Below the pieces are notes generated by a model. It was given only the letters and a program-made list of their open reading frames with translations. It was not told the DNA's origin and did no database searches. From IMG/VR virus record IMGVR_UViG_3300012003_000002, positions 1-64,000 of that record: 64,000 nucleotides of DNA; one strand, written 5' to 3'. The position numbers and the translations under genes are program-made. Positions 31,501 to 40,500 of this stretch are shown one piece after another. Numbering within the stretch: position 1 is the stretch's first letter; every line of letters begins with the position of its first letter. Source of the stretch: a virus.

Positions 31501-32625
31501 TATTAATGTACTTGTACTATTTAATGGAAAACTATATGCTTTTGTATCTAAAGTTACATCAAAATTTATTTCTTGATAGTTAGCAAAAAATAATCTATTA
31601 TGTTTACTATTTATATGTTTAGGAATTATAATATCAGAACCTAAAAATATAAATTCTTCTAATGATAAACTACTAATAATAGAACCATCATCAAATACTT
31701 GAATTGATTTATTATTAGGAATAAGTCTATCTTCTATTATATTTATAGAAGGTATTTCATTATAAGATGTATATTTTATTGCATAAACTCTAATATTAGT
31801 ATAATTAGAATCTATATTATCTATATTAATTATTGGTAATGTTCCTACAACTTCATTTATATCTCCACCTTGATTACTTTTACCTAATGAAATTAAGTCA
31901 GTTAAAGGGCTAATTTTAGTTTGAGAAGAATTTAATCTATATAAATTGTATGCATATTGTATAACCCCTGATGTATGATTTCCTCCAGAAATTACACTAG
32001 ATATAATAGGTTGATTTAAATTATATTTACCAACCATATCAATCACATCAATAGAAATATCTATTAATTCTTCAATATCTTTATTATTTATAGAATGATA
32101 AATATTTATAAATCTCATTTGTGATTTAGAATCAACCCAATATACCTTATCAACATCTTTATTTTCAAAATTATTAATTGTTTGTATAGGATTATTTTCA
32201 GAGAATCCCATATTTCTAATATATAATAATGTTAAATCATATGTATCATAAGTTAATTTCCAAATACAATCAAAACCATTATTATCTGTTGTAAATAAAA
32301 TTACATGATTTCTACTATTAGAATGACCTATAATTATCTGTTCTCCACTCATAGATAAATTATCAATCTCAGAATTTTTATAAATTAATTCTTTATTATT
32401 ATAAAGAATCTTTTTTAAATTAATATTTGAATTATTAATAACTGGAGTTGGAATTGTTAAAATTAAAGAATTACCTTTTTCATTTGTAATTGCCGTTGTA
32501 CTTTGTGAGTCAGTTGCATTAATCCTAATATTTCGTCCTTCATAATAAAAATTTTGTTGAGGTTTAGATGCTGAAATATCTTGAGACATCCCTCCATAAG
32601 AATGACGTATATTTTTATTTTCCAT
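28600..32625 (-). CDS. Tail muzzle / stabilization protein
   Basis: 1341 aa beta-rich; GMSQDIS..YEGRNIRI, YRLGVIFYNKYGQKS, GDTFV, RRKFRNW, RIRNPW; crAss synteny. Confidence 0.85.
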   Translation of the reverse strand: MENKNIRHSYGGMSQDISASKPQQNFYYEGRNIRINATDSQSTTAITNEKGNSLILTIPTPVINNSNINLKKILYNNKELIYKNSEIDNLSMSGEQIIIGHSNSRNHVILFTTDNNGFDCIWKLTYDTYDLTLLYIRNMGFSENNPIQTINNFENKDVDKVYWVDSKSQMRFINIYHSINNKDIEELIDISIDVIDMVGKYNLNQPIISSVISGGNHTSGVIQYAYNLYRLNSSQTKISPLTDLISLGKSNQGGDINEVVGTLPIINIDNIDSNYTNIRVYAIKYTSYNEIPSINIIEDRLIPNNKSIQVFDDGSIISSLSLEEFIFLGSDIIIPKHINSKHNRLFFANYQEINFDVTLDTKAYSFPLNSTSTLIYKDLILNNGNPDGTSLTVFADYNVPENHDSINLNYDTRRYQYNSSIQGGEGKYLKYTLTQSNNYNKNNKYFKDDEIYRLGVIFYNKYGQKSLPKWMADFKSNSGNLKNLYNTLKVDFKNEFLVWLNTSSNFQTEYDIPVGYKILIAERTINDKTIVANGFLTSMMINYKTTNQYADSILLATKSITDTLPKLPNILARNCNTNLYGNTQPLRKCSHLDIMNNLTEDPNTEIQRAFYGNKDTAGRFYQYNSMMQLYSPEILFNESIPLSQNLKFKIKGIITNKSNDSWGRVIEPLTSTILQEGKVFNGISSFYSGSKESIVGDVNNVYGYGLIAHPGGSDANKVIHTLFYRKYSQDDMSNNSLIFSTPNNKVTYDVYGIPEITEKGQDFTTYNNDPKYRYSNSLQSFYSDGDSSWKEDGLYNRKIISINSYGNKCLTFVLNSNSSINSWDRTKLETLYSNTGNGGDNKAIIGEFVKSDDEIYLGNIYGGNTYEDKKRTNYIEIGNLINLSITSTLSQLSNIIDSPGDTFVRNFKFLRITNTDTDILTQGVYKYEEIIEVLCETTVDLKNRNDISINNWDSKFQYQDKEYHKYNRVYSQMSNLIKNRDINYNIKKLNSFDTNIISSKLKLSGELIDSWTDILQNEVLTLDGKYGSINGLTSFNDQLYTLQNKAFAFISINPRVQVQGSDGIAVELGYGSVLQEYRYASTESGTVNKWSIIPTSKGVYYYDLLNKAFMLFNGQIHNISDEKNMHSYFIKNTELNYLKIDNPLIKQGISSGYDQINDDIFMTFHKENESFTISYNERRNEFISSYDYLPSIYIGNGNYFITTNPNLKSLYRQYAGNYNNFYGINYPSYIILNVNPEADMDTVFDNIMYKSEVYLNDIDQPDKTLTKVRLYNEYQDSGLVPLTVGRNSNLRRKFRNWNAILPRNQNSRERIRNPWVKLVLQFDNTSNYKLILHDVIISYSM

Positions 32626-32634
32626 ATTTATAAT

Positions 32635-33342
32635 TTAGTTATGTCTTTTAACAACTTCTCTAATTCCAAAATTTTTATAGAATGTTTCTTGAGGATTAAC
32701 ATCTACAATCATTCTATTAATTGCATTCATCATAGTTTCCATTTGATCCATATTTTTAATAGTCATTGAATTAGTAGATTGTGCTGAATAATAATGACGT
32801 TTTTGCTCATAATATTGAAATACTTTATCTGTAATTTTACCCATTGACCATAATCCTTCAAGTGTTCTATGAATAATATAATATTCTAAAGCAACTTTAA
32901 ATGATTCATTATCAGGTATTAAAGGATAACCAAACTCATCTGTAGCTAACGCACTAAATGAAATATTAACCCATCCATCTTTCATTGAAGTAGTTACAAC
33001 ATTATTTTGAGTTATATATGTATATTCTTGATTACCAATAGAATTTCTATCAATATCAGTATGATAAATATCACTAGCATATCTCATTGCAATACCACCA
33101 TCACATTCAGAATCAGTATATTGAATACCTTTTATATTAATAAGATTTACTGGTAATAAACCTTTATAATTACTAAGTTTAATACGTTCAACTTTATCTT
33201 CAAAAGTTAAAGGAGCTCCTATTAATCTTAGATATTCAATTGCATATTCTGCAGCATCTTCATATTTTAAATCTTGAACTATTGGTTGTTTTAATACTTT
33301 CCATAGTATATTCCCGACACTTATATTTTTTCCTGAGACCAT
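32635..33342 (-). CDS. Tail ring protein 1 / tail tubular protein
   Basis: DEFGYPLIPDNESFKVALEYYI motif; directly upstream of muzzle. Confidence 0.75.
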   Translation of the reverse strand: MVSGKNISVGNILWKVLKQPIVQDLKYEDAAEYAIEYLRLIGAPLTFEDKVERIKLSNYKGLLPVNLINIKGIQYTDSECDGGIAMRYASDIYHTDIDRNSIGNQEYTYITQNNVVTTSMKDGWVNISFSALATDEFGYPLIPDNESFKVALEYYIIHRTLEGLWSMGKITDKVFQYYEQKRHYYSAQSTNSMTIKNMDQMETMMNAINRMIVDVNPQETFYKNFGIREVVKRHN

Positions 33343-33351
33343 TTTTTATAT

Positions 33352-33873
33352 TTAATATTGTTTATATGCTTCATAATTGTCTAAATTTGGATTTAATATC
33401 CTTTTAGCTAAAGTTCTTTGAAAAGAACGTGGTGGTTTATATCTAAAAAATCTTTTATTTAAATATGAACCTTTACCTTTTAACATTAATATTCTAAATA
33501 CATATTTAGAAGTATGATTATTTAAAAATCTAATAATCAACTTTTTTTCTCTAGCCTCTTCATCATTTTCCCATAATTGAGTTGTTGTTTTCCAATCAAT
33601 TGGATGTGTATTTACAACTTTATTATCTACTAATTTAATACCTCGTTTATTTTTTCTAATACAGAATGTAAATTTAGTTTTAACTGGTGTAAATTCCAAA
33701 TCTTCATTAATTATCTTTTCTACAATTCTTTTATTAAAGTCGTAAACTACTTTATCAAATAAAGTTTTAGATTTAGGTTCTTTAGATTTAGACTTGTAAT
33801 AATTGTAATAATCTTTAATACCAAAATCCGTATTTATCCTACCCTCAGATCTGATATTAATCATTAGCGTCAT
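33352..33873 (-). CDS. crAss IHF-like basic DNA-binding protein
   Basis: PIDWKTT..W..D..A.EKK.IIRF.N.HT..Y pattern; position between ring genes. Confidence 0.65.
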   Translation of the reverse strand: MTLMINIRSEGRINTDFGIKDYYNYYKSKSKEPKSKTLFDKVVYDFNKRIVEKIINEDLEFTPVKTKFTFCIRKNKRGIKLVDNKVVNTHPIDWKTTTQLWENDEEAREKKLIIRFLNNHTSKYVFRILMLKGKGSYLNKRFFRYKPPRSFQRTLAKRILNPNLDNYEAYKQY

Positions 33874-34537
33874 TAATATTATCTTCAGGAAGTTTTAAAG
33901 TTCCTATAAGAGTTTGTATAATCTCAGAACGAATTGCATCAATGTGATGAGCTTGTAATGGATATTCTGTTTCATCTTCATCAAAACAAGGTTTAGAATC
34001 TTCACAATTACAACAATTTTTATAATTTTGTAATTCTAAAGGATCTTCAAATATACCTGTAACTGTAATACAATCAATTAATTTAACTGTTTCAGATTTA
34101 CTTATTAAATAGATTTTTTTATCTGTATCTAAAAAAGCATAGATTGAATTTGCAAAAGGTGAGTACTGACTCCAAACAGCTCGTTCTTTATTAACAAAGT
34201 TAAATGGTTTAGTTATTTTAACAGAAGGTTTAACTTCTGTTATAGCTGATTTAAGATGTAATTCTAATGGAATGGGAATAGTATTCTTAGAACGCATTAT
34301 AGTATCGCAATCGTAGTCTAAACCACATTCATTAACAGATACTTCTTCCATATCCATACAGAATTTCTGTAATATTGAAGTATCTATTAATTTTTGTAAA
34401 TTATTTGCGTCATTACGCAGATATTTACTACGTTTTAAATTATATAGATATATAATATATCTATTGGAAAACTTCTGATCGTCTACAGTATCTCTAATAG
34501 CTGTTCTGACATCGTAAATTAATTTGGAAATTACCAT
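33857..34537 (-). CDS. Tail ring protein 2
   Basis: LIYDV..., ITVTGIFEDP, EYPL, DNINDAND C-terminus. Confidence 0.72.
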   Translation of the reverse strand: MVISKLIYDVRTAIRDTVDDQKFSNRYIIYLYNLKRSKYLRNDANNLQKLIDTSILQKFCMDMEEVSVNECGLDYDCDTIMRSKNTIPIPLELHLKSAITEVKPSVKITKPFNFVNKERAVWSQYSPFANSIYAFLDTDKKIYLISKSETVKLIDCITVTGIFEDPLELQNYKNCCNCEDSKPCFDEDETEYPLQAHHIDAIRSEIIQTLIGTLKLPEDNINDAND

Positions 34538-34551
34538 ATATTTGTGTATAT

Positions 34552-34579
34552 AAAAAAAGCCACCCTTACGGAATGGCTT
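34552..34579 (-). terminator. Intrinsic terminator
   Basis: AAGCCATTCC-GTAA-GGGTGGCTTTTTTT. Confidence 0.8.
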
Positions 34580-34602
34580 CGATTTGTTATTATTATATTT
34601 TA

Positions 34603-35529
34603 TTATTTTAAATCCATTACTTCTAAATAAGGATGTAAACCTTCAATTACTACACCACAACTAATTACAGGTTTTGGAAAATTTCTTCCATATTCCATAG
34701 CATAAGATTTCATATCAACTCCACACCCTACCTGAAACCCAAAGATTCTAGATTTAGCTCCAACATAAAATTGGACACCTGCTTGCGAATGAAGATGACC
34801 TTGAACTGTGGACATTAAATTTTGCTTAGCTTTAGTATAAGCATTTGTAGTTCCATGTGTATATAATACATCGTCAATTACAACATCTGTAACCCATTCC
34901 CAACCTGGAGTTCCTAAAACTTGTGAATAATTTTGAATCCATCTTTTAGAAATACCTGCACTCATTGCTTTTCTATATATTAAAGCATCATGGTTACCAA
35001 TTGTTACATAAGCTTTCGGAAATGCTTTATACCATTTTCTTAACATTTCTACTGATAAATCATGCTCTTGTGTAGCACCATAACCTTCTGTAGAAGTCTC
35101 ATGGTATGATGTGAAATGGAGGTCTAATATATCACCTATAAAAATAACAGTGTCACAATTATATTTTTTATAAACTTTAATACAATGTTCTAAATAACCA
35201 TCTAATGTAAAAGGTAAATGTAAATCTCCAATAACTAAAACATTTTTACCAGATTTAAATTTTTTAACAAAACATTCATCTGTAGTCATTGGGTATTCTT
35301 GATATTTAAACGCATTCCCAAATACATCTTGAGAAGATTTAAAATTTTGTTCAATAATATCTCTAGTTTCCTTATTTTCTTTATATTGTTTAAATTCTTT
35401 ACGAATTTCACCTAATGCTTGATAACATAAATCTTCATTACAATCTAATATTGTAGATAATTTATAAGCTCCAAACTTGATGTATCCATTTTTTTCCCTA
35501 AGAAAGTTTTTTATATCTTCCAGCTTCAT
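34603..35529 (-). CDS. Calcineurin-like metallophosphoesterase with N-terminal helical domain
   Basis: GDLH, GDILD, GNHD, THG, GHLH. Start moved to ATG 35529 because TTG 35556 lies inside the -7 promoter element. Confidence 0.88.
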   Translation of the reverse strand: MKLEDIKNFLREKNGYIKFGAYKLSTILDCNEDLCYQALGEIRKEFKQYKENKETRDIIEQNFKSSQDVFGNAFKYQEYPMTTDECFVKKFKSGKNVLVIGDLHLPFTLDGYLEHCIKVYKKYNCDTVIFIGDILDLHFTSYHETSTEGYGATQEHDLSVEMLRKWYKAFPKAYVTIGNHDALIYRKAMSAGISKRWIQNYSQVLGTPGWEWVTDVVIDDVLYTHGTTNAYTKAKQNLMSTVQGHLHSQAGVQFYVGAKSRIFGFQVGCGVDMKSYAMEYGRNFPKPVISCGVVIEGLHPYLEVMDLK

Positions 35530-35553
35530 ATATAATATATTGATTAATAATTG

Positions 35554-35584
35554 CAAAGATAAACAATTATTTTGTAAAAACCTA
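35554..35584 (-). promoter_or_regulatory. Bacteroidota-type promoter
   Basis: TAGG-N19-TATCTTTG. Confidence 0.75.
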
Positions 35585-35616
35585 ATAAAATTGCAATTAT
35601 TTTATAATTATTTTTA

Positions 35617-36228
35617 TTATAGTTTCAAATTAATTAAATATCCAATTTGAATTGATTTATCAAATATCCCATAAGAACCCAATATAAGATCTCCATTTTT
35701 ACGTTGAATACCTAAATTTGCATTAAAATTAAATTTGTCTAATTTAACAGTATTTGATATACTACCACCTAATAATAAATTTATTGTTGGTTTATTAATT
35801 TTAACTGGTATATCAAAAGTTCTTTGTTTAATTGTCCAATTATATGTTAAAGATTTTAATTCACCTTGAACTTCTACATCTCCTACAATTTTAATAGTGT
35901 CATTTTCAAAAGGGATTTGATATTTTCTAAGTTCTATTGATTTTATAAATTCTTTTAAACGTTCTGTTTCAGATTCTAAATTAACATATTTATCCGCTAA
36001 TTCTTTATTAAAAGGATTCTCTGTGATAATTAAACTGTCTTTATATATCAAACTATCTTTAATTTGTATTAATGGTTTAGGATTAATTATAATAGGTGAT
36101 TTACCAGATAATTCTGGTATAGTTACTTTAATAGTTTTAATTTCTTTAGGTGATGTCCATCTACCTATAAAGAAAGATAATATTAAAACAACCACTCCGA
36201 TTATAATATATTTTATAGTTGAGATCAT
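35617..36228 (-). CDS. Membrane-anchored lysis accessory protein (spanin-like candidate)
   Basis: N-terminal TM, C-terminal amphipathic beta strands; overlaps the endolysin stop. Confidence 0.5.
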   Translation of the reverse strand: MISTIKYIIIGVVVLILSFFIGRWTSPKEIKTIKVTIPELSGKSPIIINPKPLIQIKDSLIYKDSLIITENPFNKELADKYVNLESETERLKEFIKSIELRKYQIPFENDTIKIVGDVEVQGELKSLTYNWTIKQRTFDIPVKINKPTINLLLGGSISNTVKLDKFNFNANLGIQRKNGDLILGSYGIFDKSIQIGYLINLKL

Positions 36229-36734
36229 ATATTTATATATTTAATATTATTTTCTAAAATATAATCTTCATTATCTATTTTAGATTTCATTTTTTGCCAA
36301 GTTAATCCAAAAGATTTTTGAAGATGAGGATAATCCTTAAATGATTTCCAATCACCACCCCATTCATAACCTTTTGATTTAAAATAATTAATTACTTCCA
36401 TCCAATCAGCAATTTTATCTTTATCAAAATCTTTATTCATATCCCATGAGGTAGTTTCAAATGTACCATTATTATCTAAATCATATAATAATACAATATC
36501 TAAAGCTAAACCATAGTTATGTATAGATTGCCAACTTTTAGCATTTGTAACTTTAGGTTTTTGATTAAATAGTTTATTTTGCTCCTCTGGTGAACGATAT
36601 GTAGAAGTAAATCTTAATCTAATACCTTTTCCTAATAATTTTTCATTAACATAACTATATATCTCCAAAACTTCTTCTCTAATCTTAGGATGTAAAGTTT
36701 TAATTTTACCAAGTGTAATAATATCTGATGCCAT
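36225..36734 (-). CDS. Endolysin, peptidase M15 (L-Ala-D-Glu endopeptidase)
   Basis: YRSPEEQNKL, SIHNYGLALD, WGGDWKSFKDYPH. Confidence 0.9.
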   Translation of the reverse strand: MASDIITLGKIKTLHPKIREEVLEIYSYVNEKLLGKGIRLRFTSTYRSPEEQNKLFNQKPKVTNAKSWQSIHNYGLALDIVLLYDLDNNGTFETTSWDMNKDFDKDKIADWMEVINYFKSKGYEWGGDWKSFKDYPHLQKSFGLTWQKMKSKIDNEDYILENNIKYINI

Positions 36735-36736
36735 AA

Positions 36737-36925
36737 TTATTTAATTTTATATTTATAATAAGGGTCATTTAAAATTTTATTAATTTCAATTAATCCTTTT
36801 TCTGTTTTATCTAAACTTTTTTTAATTTGTAAAGTTTCTTCTTCTAAACTTAATTTGATATTTTGATTATAACTTGTACATATTAAAAAAGTAAACAATA
36901 TAAATAATATTTTTAATCTTTTCAT
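36737..36925 (-). CDS. Small secreted or lipoprotein-like lysis protein
   Basis: Signal-like N-terminus ending in LIC, then coiled coil; overlaps upstream gene. Confidence 0.45.
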   Translation of the reverse strand: MKRLKILFILFTFLICTSYNQNIKLSLEEETLQIKKSLDKTEKGLIEINKILNDPYYKYKIK

Positions 36926-37293
36926 TGTCCTAATTTTTTACGTATGTTGTTTAAATCTCTTTCTAATTTATTAGCTTTTTCTTTTAATTCTTTATTATAA
37001 TTATCTCTCAAATTATCTAATTCTACTTTATTTTCAATATCTTTGTTTCTTTCAGCTTCTCTAATTGCCTTTAAACAATCTTTACTGTCTGATAGATTTA
37101 AAGTTTTTTGAACTTCTAATTTTTGGTATGTATTCGATTCTCTATTTTCAGCATTATTAGCTCTAGAATAAAAAAAGAAATTACCCGCAGCTAAGATAAT
37201 GATTATTATTAAAGATAGAACCCATGATCTATTTCCAGGTTCTGTATCAATAACTTTAACTAAAACATCTTTAGCATCTCCACTATCTATCAT
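36922..37293 (-). CDS. TM + coiled-coil protein (i-spanin- or holin-like)
   Basis: WVLSLIIIIILAAGNFFFY followed by coiled coil, in lysis cassette. Confidence 0.5.
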   Translation of the reverse strand: MIDSGDAKDVLVKVIDTEPGNRSWVLSLIIIIILAAGNFFFYSRANNAENRESNTYQKLEVQKTLNLSDSKDCLKAIREAERNKDIENKVELDNLRDNYNKELKEKANKLERDLNNIRKKLGQ

Positions 37294-37314
37294 ATTTTAT
37301 TTTATTTAGTTATT

Positions 37315-37506
37315 TTATAATTTATTTTTTAATTTTAATATAGTTTCTGTTACTTTTGTTGATCCTATATAGGCAGTTGCAATTACAGTCCACTCACTAC
37401 CTGTTAACTTAGAACCAAATAAAGCGGTTGTAGCAATTAAAAAAACTGTGAAAGTTTTACTAATTGCTTTTCCTAAATATTTATCTATATATTCTTGTCT
37501 ATTCAT
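37315..37506 (-). CDS. Putative holin (two TM segments)
   Basis: 63 aa, two hydrophobic helices, basic C-terminus, upstream of endolysin. Confidence 0.55.
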   Translation of the reverse strand: MNRQEYIDKYLGKAISKTFTVFLIATTALFGSKLTGSEWTVIATAYIGSTKVTETILKLKNKL

Positions 37507-37576
37507 ATTTATTTATTTAAAGATTAATTATTTGGGTTTGAATATTCAACTTCTAAATTTATTTATTAATTTTAAT

Positions 37577-40500
37577 TTATAAAGCTGCTGGTTGCCAGAT
37601 TATATTCCCATAAGTTGCATTAATATCTCCATTTCCCCCAGTTGCACCGTTAGCTGTGCCAGTTATTTTTAGAATCGCTGATGCTGAAAAAGTCAGTCCT
37701 GTTAAAGGAGTATAATTCGTGTAAGACGCTGTACTTGCACCTGGTGTAGAAATATTTACCATTGCTCTTGCAGTTGTTGCTCCAGTTCGTATAATTGAAA
37801 CATTCACTATCCATGCGCCTGTAACGCTCATTGTTAATGCTCCCGTATCTGCTATTACTGAACCTGCATAGTACACTCTCAATTGACTTGTTGCGGTTGC
37901 ATCATTGAAAATACCTCCATAAATGGCTACTAATTTTTCACCTGGTGCATTTAGCCTATTTGTACCTATAGTGTAAGTGAGTAAGTCTGTTTCGTTAATA
38001 CCTATATTTGCCGCGGAATCTGGGTAAAAGTCTTTTAGTTGGATAGGAGCTGTCCCCGCAGTTGATGTACTACCATCAGCCATTAAGAATTGAGAAGATG
38101 TACCTCCTGATTTTATGAGTGCTGTTGCCGTAACACTTGAAGAGAAGGTGGCTGCTCCTGCCTGAATTCCTCCGTTATCTGTAATAGTTAGTTTATCTAC
38201 TCCATTTTTTTGGATAGTAAACGGAATACCAGTTGCTGCTGTTGTGTTATTAATAACAACGCCTTTACCCGATGAGGTATTATAAGTAAAGAATCCCGTC
38301 CCTGTTGAATCATTAGCAGAATAGAGTCCAATTCCTGTTGAGGAGTTACCGGAATAGAATCCCGTACCTATTGAGGTATTAGAGGAACTTATCCCGATAC
38401 CCGTTGATGAGTTTCCAGAAATTATACCACCAGTAAATGTTTTTTCCCCCGTTATACTTTGATTTCCAGTAAGTAATACTGCATTTGAAGGTGGATTAGC
38501 CAATACAAAAGCAGTTGTCGCTATCTGTGTGGTGTTTGTTCCTGCTGTGGCCGTTGGTGCTGTTGGTGTTCCTGATAATGACGGTGAATCTAAAGGAGCA
38601 TATACCGTAGCATCTAAACTCCCATCTCCTTTTACAAATTGACTTGCTATACCGCCTGTTGTTACGTGTGATGCTGACGTTACACTTGAAGAGAAGGTGG
38701 CTGATGTTCCGTTTAAAGCACCGCTTAAAGTCCCTCCCGTTAATGGCAAATAAGCAGTAGAGTTATAAGCATTAGAACCTAAAGTTCCTCCCTCTACAAC
38801 TGTCCCCGCTATTGTTCCAAAGTTTTTATTGAATGCAGTATTCTTAGTAAATGCAGTTTCATAACTTCCTGATGCTTGTTTCCCATTTAACTGAGTTTGA
38901 ATACTACTCGTTGCATCAACATAAGCCATAGTAGCTGCACTCACTCCATTAGTAGAAGTAGGTGTAATAGCTCCTAATCCTATAACTGGTGTTGTTGTTC
39001 CAGTTGCTACGGTTACCCCGTTTGTGCCTGTTACAGAGGTTACTGTGCCGCTTCCTGTACCATATACTGTGCTATCTACGCTTCCATCGGCTTTTAAGAA
39101 TTGTGATGAAGTTCCTCCTGATTTTATTAATGACGTTGCCGTTACACTTGAAGCGAAGGTGGCTGTTGTCCCATTCAAACTACCATCTGAATTTAATTTG
39201 AAACCTGTATTAACATAACTAGATCCGTTAAAATGCCACAAGTCTAGCCCGTTACTGGCATTCAATTGGAATAAAGTTTGTCGATTAGATGCTCCTGATA
39301 GTCCATTCCCAAAGTTTATAAGTGAACCTCCACCTATGGTGTTAGATGCTCCTTTAAGGGTAGTAAAATCAGCATACGTAATAAACGCTCCTGTTGCCGT
39401 AACACTTGAAGAGAAGGTGGCTGCTCCTGTTTTTGATACAGTAAAATCATTTTGACCAACACCCGCGACCTGATGTCCTAATCTAAAAAAATCATTATTT
39501 GGCACATCGTAAGTAATCCCCATTGAGAATAAAGTCGGTGAATTGACATTAATACTTCTATCTAAGATTATGCTCTGATATACATCGCGTAATATTTTTA
39601 TATCTCCAAAAGTTCCATTCCCATTAACCCACATATTAGCAGATTGAGTAGAAGCATTTTGATTTTGAATGTAGTTTGCGGAACCTGTTGCTGGAGCAGC
39701 TCCTAAACTTGATAAGGTTGGGAGTGCAATATCTCCTGTACCTAAAACTGTAGTTCCTCCAACTGTTTTAATGTTTGTGTTTGAAACTAAAGTAGGTTGT
39801 TTCCCGTTCAATTGTGTCTGAATAGAACTCGTAGCATCATTATTAGTTCTTTGAGCAGGTGTCTGAAATACTCTTGTGGCGGTTTCACCTATCTGGTCTG
39901 CATTGTAATCATTTGTCTGAGCTACTACCCCACCATTTCTTCCAAATACAGTAGTAACTGCGCTAGTAGGTGTTAGTAATTCTTGCCAATCTGAAAGTAA
40001 AGTTGGGTCGGTACCTTTTAGAATAAATGATTTATTTAAGTCTGTACGTACAGATATATCTCCTGTTTGTGCTATTAAGGCTAGCATTGTAGCCTGTGAA
40101 ACAGTCACAAAAGTATCTGATATAGTAATGCTCGGAAGCTGGGAATATATTAATTTTCCGTCAACTCCTAATCCTGCATAGCCACTTGCTATATTTTTGT
40201 TGGCTGTGTTTTCTGGTGTGAAACCTAATGCAGATTGCTTCCCATTCCATATTACTTTTTCAGCATCCGTAACAAATCTATTGCTCACATCTTGAGTGAT
40301 GATACTCGGAGGATGATTTGCTGGATGTGTATAATTAGCCAATGTTGCTAATCTTGTAATTTCAGTATCTAAGATTAAACTTTTACCTGTAACTTTATCA
40401 ACTTTACCCGAAATATCAACGTTTGAAACTCCTGCTAATCTTGTGATTTCTGTATCTGAAATTAACGACTTGCCTGTTACCTTATCAACTTTCAAAGCCA

